A stretch of DNA of 64,000 bases from Phoronis australis (Eukaryota > Animalia > Phoronida), in the NCBI GenBank assembly GCA_002633005.1, contig NMRA01000097.1, forward strand, positions 161,426 to 225,425. Direction: 5' to 3'. The notes beneath the pieces were generated by a model. It ran no database searches. It was given only the letters and a program-made list of their open reading frames with translations, and was not told the DNA's origin. Position 1 is the stretch's first letter. Each line of letters opens with the position of its first letter. The translations under genes were made by a program, and so were the position numbers. Shown here one piece after another: positions 38,953-51,212 of this stretch.

Positions 38953-40141
38953 CTGGATTTCCATGTCTGTGGCGTTTTTATACCGGACAAAAATTAAAAA
39001 ACAGACCTTTGTTTAAATCAGGAGCTACATGATACACATATATTAGACGTATGCCGGCATTGCACTGATCACTTGGAACAATTTTTATGGTTTATTAATG
39101 TATAGTTAAACCAAGCTGACGAGCTTGAAACCTGATTCACGACAATTTTTGGCAGTGGGATTTTCTGAAAAATGCTCGTAAGTTGACAACAAAGTTTGAT
39201 AGCAATGCACTGCAGTTTTGTAGTAACTCTGTCATAGGTTACAGATTCGTCACAGAGCGTAAATTTGATAAATTCTAGCTTACGATTTCACCTGTTTCGG
39301 AGACCGGGTTTCAACCACTTTTGGGCTATAATAAGCGACCCCTTCCTGAAGCGGATTGTTCTAAGCGCCCTGGCCGCTTATTAAGGCGGTTATATTTCAG
39401 AAGGGCAATACTTAGTATCCTTTATGCACGGGACCCTTTTGTTACATTAGGAGTGGGATTGGCTCATTATGTACCCTACAGGTGGCATAGTACTTCACAA
39501 AGCTGGTTGAAGAATTTTGTTGTCGTCATAAACGTTCATTTGAATGGCTTAAGTTTGGAAATGTTAGTACTTAAGGCGGAAATTTAAAAACCATATGTCC
39601 GCTTACAAAAATTTAACGTTGAAGAATAAAAACAACCTTCACCACCCTCTGGTTTTCCTGTTCCATGTTTTCAAAGAAGTCGGTTGCAATTTCATAGACT
39701 ACAGTCGAGAGATTTTGTGCGGCATATATTGCGAAACCTGCTATTTAATTACGAGATAGTGTTTGACTGGTCCAGGTGGTTATTTCTGAAGTATTAATGT
39801 AATCTTTATTTATGTTAAAGGTTTTACCAGCGTTCTATTTATTTGTACACGAATGTGAATTTGTTGAAATCACTGATATAAATCCTGGCCAAGTGTGCGC
39901 ATTCCGCTGAGACCAACCGTCTGATGAGGGCCAGCGAAGAGTAATTTGGTTAATTCGCTCACTAGAATATGACTGAAGTTCCTCGTAAGGACAGAAGTTC
40001 ATGAGTCACTACCTTTGGAAGAAATTTAGAGGACAATTTTCGTCAAAAAGTTTATCAGATAGTTTTCATCAAAACGAAGAAAAGATAAATGGATTCGTGA
40101 GTACAGGATTAAGTACATGTAGTAGAGTCTCTTAAAAACTA

Positions 40142-40310
40142 TCATCCATCTTCGAAGTGCCTTGAACAAATGTATAAAGTCTTATTGCTGATACAACTGC
40201 TACTCACGTTGACACAAGAAGTAAGATTTTCTTCCCACAGCCGATTATGGGGTTTTCGGATGGTATGGAAGCTAATTCCTTTGCATTTCGCACACAGTAG
40301 CCGACCATGA
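40142..40310 (-). mobile_element. Decayed THAP-domain fragment
   Basis: CAKCKGISFHTIRKP...W...LYICSRHFEDG; GISFH and ICSRHF are THAP hallmarks. Confidence 0.55.
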
Positions 40311-42129
40311 TTTGCAGACGACGTACAGTACTTGCCGGAAATTGCACCAGAAAATTTAGCCAGGTGTCGCCAGTGAATAATGACGTGAGGGCTTATGCGT
40401 AAGATCACAGATTTCGTCCATTGAAAGTATACGGAGTTGGCGGTCCATGTACTATAGTCTATGATGGTCACGCAGACTTTAAGAAAATAAAAATAAAAGG
40501 AAAACTATGTACAGGCAGTAGATCAATCTCATACTTACGAAAAGTTCTAATTAAATATCAAAGAGTATGTTTCAATGGTTTTATGCAGATTCAGGGTGTT
40601 GTTGAAACAGAATACCTTCCAAAGTCTGCTGGCTACAAATTATTGAGAGTTGACGGGAGTATACATCAGTGGGCCCTCGACTGCAGCAAAAACTTCGTGA
40701 GCACCTTCACTTGTCAGTTTATTCCCTGTGTCACTTAATGATAGTTATGATATATTCTATAAGAATTATTCAAGTTTTAAGTTATATATTACATGTAAAC
40801 ATGATATTTGCATGGATTAAACTATCAAACATGCTGACCAGTAGAAGGCTTTGTAAACAGCAGTTTTGACCAATCACAAACCGAGCAACCAATTGCTGGT
40901 ACCCTTGGTAGACAGAAATTGTACATCTACTGTAAGTACCAGAGTAAAAAGTTCTTGGCACTCCGGCAAAATACTGTTAAAACGGCTTAAAACAGTTACC
41001 TTTATTACTATTTTAAAGAATTGACTTGCTTAAAACGTTTCTTTAATTTGTTAAATAACCTTTAAATCAGTCCGTTAATATCCCTAAGGCAGTATTTTGC
41101 TCAATAATAACGCACCCTGCATGAACTCCGAATTTCACCATTTTCTCAATTTCTCTGACAAATTACACTAAGACGTCCATATTACACGCGAAAACGTTTT
41201 ACTTTGAAAAATACACCTTTGGATGAGGTTGAACGCATCAAACTACTACTTTTAAATCTCCTACTAAACAGGACCCAATGACTATGTAATAACGCAATAT
41301 TAAGTTTTAAACAGCTGGAAGGGATTGCCGTTGACATCATTTGTTAATACGCGGAACTCCTGTGCTATACATTTAACTATTTTTCTTCTTGCACTTGTCC
41401 CGTGTGGTTACCGTTTTGGAAAAAAGGACTGAAACTGTTTGGATTTTTTTTCGTTTTGCAAATCAGTAGAGGGTAGCGAGGTCTTTGTAAACTAATGGTT
41501 CAAAGGTTCAAACACGATGTCAAGAAACATTTGAATACATCGAATGTTCCGCTCAATGGATTGTGACAAATGTACACAATGTCCGTCCGTCTGGAGCAAA
41601 TCGTTGTCTAGGGAAGAGCAAAAAATCGTTAAGTACAATTCACGAGGATTTCAAAGTTAGAAATATACACCGTGGGTGCATGCAGACCCCAGTTGCGACT
41701 AGACTATTTACTCACAACACGTTCAATATGCCCGTTGCTTGTTTCATCATTCAACGCCCACCAACTCCATTGGTGAAAGTTGTACTCAGGCAATCGCTGG
41801 ATGCTACCGTCACGTGTCACGACTGTTGACAAATAGAAAATACCGCATACTATACATGTACAAACAAGTGCTAAAACTACAGGCGCCAGACGACAAAATA
41901 TATTATACTCCTATAGTATTCAGAAACCTACATGTATGTAGAGCACACAGTCGCGCAAACTAGGCAGTAACATTTTTCTCTAACTGTAAACAATAAACTA
42001 GTTAACAATATTTTGTGTGACGGAATTGTACATGTTTTAGTAAAACCTAAAGCAGTCAAAATATGTACAAAGGAGCAGCTTAAAGCGTCATTTCACAATT
42101 GAAACTTGATATCTTTTTAAGAGCAGTAC

Positions 42130-42282
42130 CTGCACTGATGTCAAGGTCATAGCGAATTTCTTCCACGATAAGTTTGCTTGTTGAGTTCCAGCCCGTATAG
42201 CCGTCCATAGAGCCCTCCGTTTGGGCAATATAAATTTGAATGGATCTCAGTCCTGCTGCGATGTTGTCACACAAGCCTTCAA
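42130..42282 (-). CDS. CTHRC1-domain gene exon (domain 2, part c)
   Basis: ccgtAG|TT acceptor and GCA G|GTACTG donor; 153 nt. IEGLCDNIAAGLRSIQIYI...DGYTGWNSTSKLIVEEI. Confidence 0.88.
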
Positions 42283-43503
42283 CTACGGAAGGAAAACAAA
42301 TCCACCAGTGTTGAGAGAAAGAACTCTATTTACTTCAAAATCTCTTTTGACTTGTTCTAAAACTCGATATCATGGAACATGTTAGTTATCAGTACTCCTA
42401 GTCATCTTGAGGACTACATGTATATCAGGGCCTCGCGAAAGCGCAGAGACGGCTGGAATGACAATCGATTGCTGCGAGACGGCCAGTCGTATGCCTTCCC
42501 ACCGTTTTGTTTAATCAACAAATTTTGGGGGGAATGTAGAATGCACCGACTGTGGACGCCTCAGACGAGCACAGGCCATAGCACACCCCAGCAAAAGTTT
42601 CTTATTTTAAAATACAGCAAATAACATTGAATAAATAACGCATATACGCACTGAGCTATAATTAACTCATGTCCTGCATCTAGAGACAATTTGATTCCAC
42701 AAAAATTCACGGTGCTCCATCGAAACGAACCCCGATGTAAAATAGATATTATGGAGCGAAAAAACGACTCTTGCACCTTCAAGCCAGCTAACCAGCCTGA
42801 AAACTCGAAGCCTAGCCTTTAAAAGTGGAACCCTGAGATAGGACATGACACACAGGGGCCAAAACGTCCCTCTTTCACTTTCTGTCAAATGTTGTTTGAT
42901 GAAATTTTAGACGTACGTATGACGGATTGGCGTTCTACGTCTCTAGAGCTAAAGTTGTGATGCGATCTTTTGCAGCGGCTTCCGGCGCTTCATGTAATGT
43001 TTCGTCACATACTGGCCAGTTCAATCTCTGTTTTTCTTCCGCGAGGATGCAAAGATGTCAAACATGTTATTCAATAATGGCACTCGAAAGTCGAAATATT
43101 ATTTTTGGAAATACTTTGGAGAAACTACTGAATAGTCTGAAATTAAGTAAATATTCACAGATATGACAACGCACGAGTGTTACCAAACAAAAATCAAATG
43201 GCAACGTCAACATAATATTAGTTACTTATTATAATTGACAAATTTTAACAAACAAATGCAGAAAACAATTTTAAAAAACTTGAAGGTGCTCTAACCCAAA
43301 TTCTGAGGCTACTGACAACGGCATCAGATTTTTAGTGGCATAAATAATAACATAAATGCAAAGACATGAAAGACAGAAAACAAGGCATTCTCACCCCAGG
43401 TTGCTTAGATACATCTAAATTACCATTATTGACTAATTGGGCAAGCCAAACATCATTGTATTTTCTCAATAATCAAACTGATACCTTTTACCGATAACAA
43501 GCA

Positions 43504-45006
43504 ACTGAGCAGTTTTTTTCTATCCATATTTCAGTGTTATTGCATTCGAAAAGGATGTGATCCACCATGTAATGTTTAAGTTTGTAACTGGCAGAATGTA
43601 CATATATCAGAGAACCTCTAGTTAATTTTTTTAAGAAAAGATTTTGTTACTAGTATCGAAGAAATCGTCAATTACCTTTTCTCACGTGATCACATCACGT
43701 TGCCCTCGAGTGGTGATTTGACGATGAAATTGCAAAAATCACAAATTGTGCAAGGAGGCTATTTGGCAACGTTCATGCCAGACAACCTTCGTACACATGG
43801 ACCGTAAATGTTTTGTGAGTGTCCTCCACATATTGTAGTTTATAACCGAAGAAGCACGGATTGCTGACCGTTGCTGGTGGGCAACTTTCCACGACTCAAC
43901 GTGCTAACTCACATTACTGGAGGGATAATTTTAGTAACCTCGATTATTTAAATTGTGGACAAATTTCTTAACTTTGTCAGAGGGGTTGCTTGCTCAAGCT
44001 CGAAATTTTGTTGGCACACGTGCAAGTATCAGGAAAACTGAAATCCCCTATATTGAAATCAGCGTTTTGGTTTGTTATGAAAATTCCGAAGCCAAGTCCC
44101 ACCCAAGGACAATTTAAATGGTTCATGTGAATTTAAGGCTTCGGAGGATCATGCAACACCGATTTGAGGGAGGTGTACGAAAATTTTATTTGGATTTGGT
44201 TCAGCTGGGAGTTTAGGAACGGCAAACTTATAGTGTCCGACCTTTCTTACATGGNACTGAGCAGTTTTTTTCTATCCATATTTCAGTGTTATTGCATTCG
44301 AAAAGGATGTGATCCACCATGTAATGTTTCAGTTTGTAACTGGCAGAATGTACATATATCAGAGAACCTCTAGTTAATTTTTTTAAGAAAAGATTTTGTT
44401 ACAAGTATCGAAGAAATCGTCAATTACCTTTTCTCACGTGATCACATCACGTTGCCCTCGAGTGGTGATTTGACGATAAAATTGCAAAAATCACAAATTG
44501 TGCAAGGAGGCTATTTGGCAACGTTCATGCCAGACAACCTTCGTACACATGGACCGTAAATGTTTTGTGAGTGTCCTCCACATATTGTAGTTTATAACCG
44601 AAGAAGCACGGATTGCTGACAGTTGCTGGTGGGCAACTTTCCACGACTCAACGTGCTAACTCACATTACTGGAGGGATAATTTTAGTAACCTCGATTATT
44701 TAAATTGTGGACAAATTTCTTAACTTTGTCAGAGGGGTTGCTTGCTCAAGCTCGAAATTTTGTTGGCACACGTGCAAGTATCAGGAAAACTGAAATCCCC
44801 TATATTGAAATCAGCGTTTTGGTTTGTTATGAAAATTCCGAAGCCAAGTCCCACCCAAGGACAATTTAAATGGTTCATGTGAAATTAAGGCTTCGGAGGA
44901 TCATGCAACACCGATTTGAGGGAGGTGTACGAAAATTTTATTTGGATTTGGTTCAGCTGGGAGTTTAGGAACGGCAAACTTATAGTGTCCGACCTTTCTT
45001 ACATGG
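43504..45006. repeat. 751-bp tandem duplication flanking a single N (43504-44254 and 44256-45006)
   Basis: About 5 substitutions seen between the copies; the junction is exactly the n at 44255. Confidence 0.92.
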
Positions 45007-46676
45007 TTATGAGTCATCGGCAGCTTCGTCTGCCTGCGGCTTAAAATACACGGGATAAGATTTTTACTTTAAAACATGAGAAGAATTATATCATGTGTCC
45101 AGCTAGCCGAAATGATACCTGTTGCCTATGATTACGAGTGCGTTGCCGACAAAAGAACAGCAAGTGCATTTCGATGGATTTGGTGCTATCCTATTCGCTG
45201 CTAAATTATCTCTAGTTTATGTTTAAAGTTTACCCACAACGCATTTTCTTAGTTGTTGAGGTTTCAGTTATCTAATATGAAGAGAATACCACAAAATCGA
45301 ATTAAATATACACTTTTTGGAATATAGCAGTGTTTTTTAATTTTCTTTAGAAAGTTAGTTATTTCCGAATTTGCTGCCAAATGATGAATATAGGGGTGGA
45401 AGACGTTTGGTCACATGACAAACAATTGCAATGCGGTAACACACCAGATAAGAAGACAGGACGATTTTGAGCGAGAACTGGACACAGTTTTGCAAAAAAC
45501 ACGCTTACTAGTTACTGCCAGAAGTAAACCTGGATTACTCGTATTCAATATTTTGAATGAGTGCTGTTTTAACACATGCATTGTCGTACTACTCGATTTG
45601 GCCGGCGATGAGGGCCTGGCATCACTTGCCTTAGAATAGAAGCAATGTATCCGTTATTTATAAAATTTGGAAATACTCTTACGGAGTGGCAAGCGTGTCT
45701 TCTTAACGCCGCTTTTGTGTTTGGTCAAAACACGGTTCTTTGAATTGTGCCGACCAAAGGGTGGCCACCGGCTGATATGCATGCTCCTCACTGACATTCC
45801 GCACTCTTGTACGGCGCACACACCGATGCCACTTTCACGTCTTTTGGAAATTTGAACAAATGCACGTTCTTGGTCAATTTGCTGTTACTACAGTCCTCAC
45901 AAACGTACATTGTCATGCCTGAAGAAGGCCGGTTCTCCAAGAACTTTTCTTACAACTCCTCAGTAACGCATCTCAAATTGGTATAAAACAAAAGTTAACG
46001 GTGGAGACGGTCTTTCACTCGTTACGTACAATACCGATAACAGAAAAAATGTTTTTTTAAGTGTCTCTGAGCAATAGGTATACTAAAGGCTATTATATCT
46101 CTTAAAATGTAGTAATCAAATTCTTGCTGAGACAAAGGGTCATGGAGGAAATTTTCTAATAAAAGCACTGCCATTCTTCAATGGATCAGAACAAAACACC
46201 TGTAATCTCATAGCAGTGAAATGAAACATCGCGCTATGTTATTTGCATGTCGCATGCACCTGCGCTGCCGTACTTCAAATTTATTATTAAAAGTATGCTA
46301 ACATTAAACAGTTGCTGATTGACAGTTCTTTAAATATTTTCATCGTGGAAGAGAATTCTGCGTTAAACGTGTAATCGTTTTGTGCAACTGTCTTTTTGGG
46401 ACAACGTTTTGATCTAAAGTGCAAACTCTCTCCACTGAAATCATAACGAGGCAATACCATTGAAGCAACATTGTACCAGACGTTGAATCCATTGTAACGG
46501 TATTGAAACTGGTGTTTTTATCTCTCACATTTTTCTTCAACTAAGATGTTACAAAATGCCCGATTTTAGGTACAGACGGGGCGGGACTTCTGAAACCCTC
46601 GTCTAGACGAATGCACGTCACGAAGCCTTTTCGCCAAAGTATATGTGAGCTGCAACGTACATTCTTTTTCACTTAC

Positions 46677-46878
46677 TTCCTCCGGTTCCATCATGGGTGT
46701 TGTCAACAACTTTGGGGTCCCAGTGGGCGTAAATACCATCTATGACACCAGGGCTTGTGCAATCATTGCCGTCAAAACGAACAAAGTAGCGCAGAACGCC
46801 AAATTGGTACAAGAAGATGTTGGATTGAAACAGAACGCGTATGGCAGAGTCCGCTGATCTCTTAAAGTAGTGGTATGT
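46677..46878 (-). CDS. CTHRC1-domain gene exon (domain 2, part b)
   Basis: ttccAG|ACA acceptor and GGA A|GTAAGT donor; phase 0/1. TYHYFKRSADSAIRVLFQSN...RYFVRFDGNDCTSPGVIDGI. Confidence 0.87.
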
Positions 46879-48214
46879 CTGGAATGCAGCGGGAGACAGT
46901 GTGAAGCAAGAAATGCAGAAAAGGAATTTCCAAGTAAAGCGTTGCGTGCTGTTATTCCAAAATGTTACATTAGCTTTTGCTCCTTCAACATTACATCGAA
47001 GAAACAACTACTTAAGCAAACATTTCAAAACTAGTGTCTGTGGATGACGTTTCTACCGAAACAACAATTTTGCCGTTTCATGACGTGTATAAATTCGCTT
47101 TAGAGTCCATTGTTTCGCTGGAACAGTATTTACAGGAAACGATCTAAGCTGTCAATCTCTCGAGTACATTTGTCACTCGAGATGCATGATGCTGTGCTTG
47201 AAATGGTTCCTCTGCACAGTCCTTCAACGTTGTGGTGACTACAGCCATTACATTGAAAAAAAATCGTAAATATACATCAGGCGAGTTTGAATCCAGGGTG
47301 AATGTTATCCACTTTCCTCTGGTGGCATACAGCACAATCTCTGAAAACTTGCCAAATTCAGTAACATAGTGCACAGAATCAAACTACAACAAATGGCAAT
47401 TCGTACAATGGAAACAAGTGCAAATTTTATGATGTTTGACACGACTGTCCAATTTAGGCATTTTGAAGGGTGCATCACATCAGTAGGAGTTGTTGTACCC
47501 CAAAAGTGATTATTCATCGAGATAATATGATCACGAATAATTTTACTACAACAGATACTGTTTAGATACCTTGGTCAACCTTAAGCAGGCAAAACTAATA
47601 TCAAACCACAATTAACTTTTTAGGTTTAGATGACATTTTAACTAAACATAGCAATCTTATTTCTAAAATTTGATAGAGATTTTCAAAACACATGTTCTGT
47701 GCATCTCGTTAAGAAACAAAATTGTGGGTAACGCTTTTGGGTCAATCAACGACGGTCCTGTAGAAGTGCGTCTGGAATGTGGCGTGAGGCTTTGACAATG
47801 CAAGGAACACTACCTAGCAATTGGCAGTAACACCAAAATGGTTGTCGAAGTTTTTTTTCTTCTTGGATAGTTCTTTTTGAAGACCCTTAACTTGTAAAAT
47901 ACCTGGGAAGTAAGTCAACGATTGAAATGTCTGAAGGTGGTGAGCTGAAAGTTGAAGTGATGTAAGGATCTTAGCCAAGGGAAATGCAAACCTTGTATGG
48001 GGCCTGCGTTACACTAACGTCACAGTGATGGCGATTATCCATGCCAGCTCTTAGTTTAGTTCAGAGGTGTTAAGATCAACCTGAGTTGGGTAAGTGGATA
48101 ACTCGATATTCAGCAGGACTGTCTGGTGTTCATGAAGAATTGTTTCGTTTAACATATGTTGGAACGCCGTTCAGATACCGACGGTTAAGATGAGTGAAGT
48201 AAAAAAATAAAATA

Positions 48215-48467
48215 AAGAAAAACGAGGAGCGTCGGTACTAAAATTTATTAAAATATTTCGCATATTTCAAGCACTGCGCTTTTTATCAAGGTCGTGACAC
48301 AGACTGGCGATTAGATAGACATACCTGTACTGTATAAATAGCGGTCATCTGTGCTACATTATATATTTATGTATTCTGCAGTCTGCATTATGCCCTTGAT
48401 AAATAGCGTACCGCTAGAAAAGCGAGATTTTTTATATATTTTAACGCCAATGCACGTCCTTTTACTT
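48215..48467. repeat. Degenerate inverted-repeat pair (MITE-like)
   Basis: ...taaaatttattaaaatatttcgc...gcgctttttatcaagg pairs with ccttgataaatagcg...gcgagattttttatatattttaa. Confidence 0.45.
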
Positions 48468-49313
48468 CATACATGTATCTGAATAGATCCAGTGAACCTT
48501 GTTATATTATAGCCACTACCCAGCGAAGTTTAAGTTGCCCACACACAAGACTACTATGTCGCACGCCAACTTGAGTATGTGTAACTAGGTATAGTGAACA
48601 CACGGAATTATGGGCGCTTCCGCAAAAATGCATAGGAGAGCAGACGCTGTTCAACCCCATTGATCTTTAAATGCATGGACTAGATTGTCGAAAGGTTGTT
48701 GGCATGTCATTTCATTTAAGTTCAGCATTAACAAAAGTTAATGTTTATACATGAGAACCACCAGTGGACGGCTTTAGAATATATGAAGAAATTTCTAAGG
48801 ATTTGAGTATTGTGCACGTTGCAAGGCCAGGAACCTGTTAATTTCGTCAACAGGGACAGTAAAAATTTATCTCCGCATTAAAGAAAATTATTACATCCAT
48901 TGAAATTGCAAATCCTTGCTATTGCTGATCATCGATGCATAGGCAGGGCAACAAACATGAGGTCTGAGGAATAAAAAAACTTCCCTGTCCAAGCAACCCA
49001 AAATGCTCACTCACTCTAGACATCCGAGTGTGTTATCAAATGCTGTTTTCGCCAAATACTCGCTACATGGTACATGTACTTCAAGAGAAATGCATTTTTG
49101 GTCAGGTCCCTTAGAGCGCCTAGTTTTACACCTCGCGAAAGCGCACCCGCTGCGCATGCATATCTCGAAACCGTGGACTCGTTTATCGAAAGAGCTGGCG
49201 GCTAGATCTGTAATCGTCTGACGTATTTTGCCTCTTAACTCTTTGGGGGTGAGCTGTTATCTCTACTATCGTTCACATAAAGTAGACAGGTCTCCATCTG
49301 CGTTTTCCCTTAC

Positions 49314-49396
49314 GTAAAGAAGGCCGTTGTCCGCTTCATTCGCATCAGTCCACGTGTACTGTTTGATGTTGAATCTGGATACCTTTGGACAGGTTC
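49314..49396 (-). CDS. CTHRC1-domain gene exon (domain 2, part a)
   Basis: ctttAG|GA acceptor and TAC|GTAAGG donor; 83 nt, phase 1/0. GTCPKVSRFNIKQYTWTDANEADNGLLY resembles the CTHRC1-family NxKQCxW...DxGLI. Confidence 0.8.
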
Positions 49397-49545
49397 CTAA
49401 AGTGAAAAATCACCTGCGTCATGTGCTGAAAAATTACGTTGTGCGGAAAAATTTCTCTAAATTTGATGAGTTGTGAAATACACTTTAAAAACAAAGACAA
49501 ATAAAACTAACCGCCTAAGCACATGTGGACATGCACCTCCCTGTA

Positions 49546-49736
49546 CAGTGGCTGATCTACGTTTTCAGTAAATGGGGCTTAAGATTCGCTCGAATCCGAG
49601 GTGCGCATTGCCGACCGGGGGAGGTCGGGCGGGGGCTCCCCCTGTCGTGTAAGATTTGTTGGCTTGTGTACCTGATTTCGTTTTTCATTTTTGATCATTT
49701 CCCTTGTGGTTTACATCCCTGAACCACCGTAGATCC
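49546..49736. mobile_element. MITE-like element related to the GC-rich repeat at 1-90
   Basis: Termini cagtggctgatctac...gtagatcc; internal tcgaatccgagg...ggggaggtcggg...cgtgtaaga shared with positions 19-88. Confidence 0.55.
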
Positions 49737-51044
49737 AAATCTTAGGTAGGCAAAAACAAGGAGGAGAGGCTAGCTAGGGCATAAACGATGAACTTCAGGG
49801 CCAGAGGCAACGCAAGTAACAGAGGAGGAAGAACGGGAGGACAACAAATTTGAACGAGTCCACAGACGGACCGATGATGAGGGTAATGCCAAATACATAG
49901 ACCTTGGAGACGATGACCTCGAATGGAAAATTATCAGTCAGCTTTGTTTGTTGTACAACGCAGGACCAATACAATGACAGCTCAGGCCTTCCAGTATAGA
50001 TGGACGAGGTTCATATACCAATATCCAACCACAGCGCACTTCGATTACACATTACATGTCGAAATGGATGTATGCCGGTGTCAGCACTCCGGGTTTGATT
50101 TTGGAACTTTAGCTAGATACATGTATTACCGCGTAGTAATGGAAACAAACTTGAATAGCTTCAATATGCAAATTTAGGCAGTCGTAATGCAAAGTTCTTG
50201 TTTGTCTGCAGTTGGGTTTTCAAACATTAAAGGTAGATTACTTTGAGTCTATCTTCAGTAAATGTAACGGTGCTCTACAATTTGATATAAGTTTCATGAC
50301 GAGGCGACCTACACAACTAGCTGGGCGTTGTGAAACTTCGAGGTTTGTATGAAATTATGCGCATCGGTACGTAAATCAATATTGACTACATGCAGTTGAC
50401 CGTCACGTTAACCATCGGGAACCTCTGTAACATAAGAGCTAAGGCAGGTTTAAAATGGACAATAGTGCCAAGCAGGCGACGAAAATGATAGCATCCCTTG
50501 TGCACGACCAGTTTCACCTCTGGCGTCACGAAATTTTGCCGTCAATTTGGCATCACGGTACATGTAACTTAGTGTCTCAAAAAACAACACAAACTTGATA
50601 GTTTATTCAACGTAGTTGACACATTTGGTCTTGCGCTAAATCAACTTTAGCGTGAAGGTGTTCACCAGTATTATGGTAATTATTAGTGTGGCGCTCGTCC
50701 CCACCCCTGTGTCCAGATTCTACGGTCGACATTTAAACGGGTATGTCCTTCAAAGTGGTGTGGTGTGACCGGACGGACATTGCCATTTTCCACCCGATGT
50801 CAGCACAAATTTATGATGTGGACGATACTTCGGGTGTCAACAATACTGCTGATATCATGGGAAGACAGAGCGACACTTTCGATAAACATCGCACTCTTTT
50901 GCTATAGAATGACTTTGAGTGGATTTTCTTAGTCTTCACACTTGTCATACATGAAGCCTCATAGCTAAAGCAAGTAATTCCGTATTATGCACAGTGCAGC
51001 AAAGCGTACTTTGGCTATCAACGTTGTTGTTAATATTTCCTTAC

Positions 51045-51212
51045 CTGGGCAATGTCCCCATATTTGGTCGTTGTCGTAATTAGACGTGGTCGCACACCAC
51101 GGTTGATTGCGATCCTTCCCAATGCACGTACTGTACGACACGCCCTTGTAAACGAACGGGAACTTGCAAGATGAACCACCAGCATTACCGCCATAGGTTG
51201 GCATGTCGGTAT
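51045..51212 (-). CDS. CTHRC1-domain gene exon: fibronectin type II domain
   Basis: ccacAG|AT acceptor and CCA G|GTAAGG donor; 168 nt, phase 1/1. TYGGNAGGSSCKFPFVYKGVSYSTCIGKDRNQPWCATTSNYDNDQIWGHCP is a full FN2 consensus. Confidence 0.95.

Noticed and set aside
39915-39945. CTGATGA...GAA hammerhead-ribozyme-like core (similar near 58072 and 62470)
   Set aside because: Stem II and the GAAA core are incomplete and no flanking stems were found.
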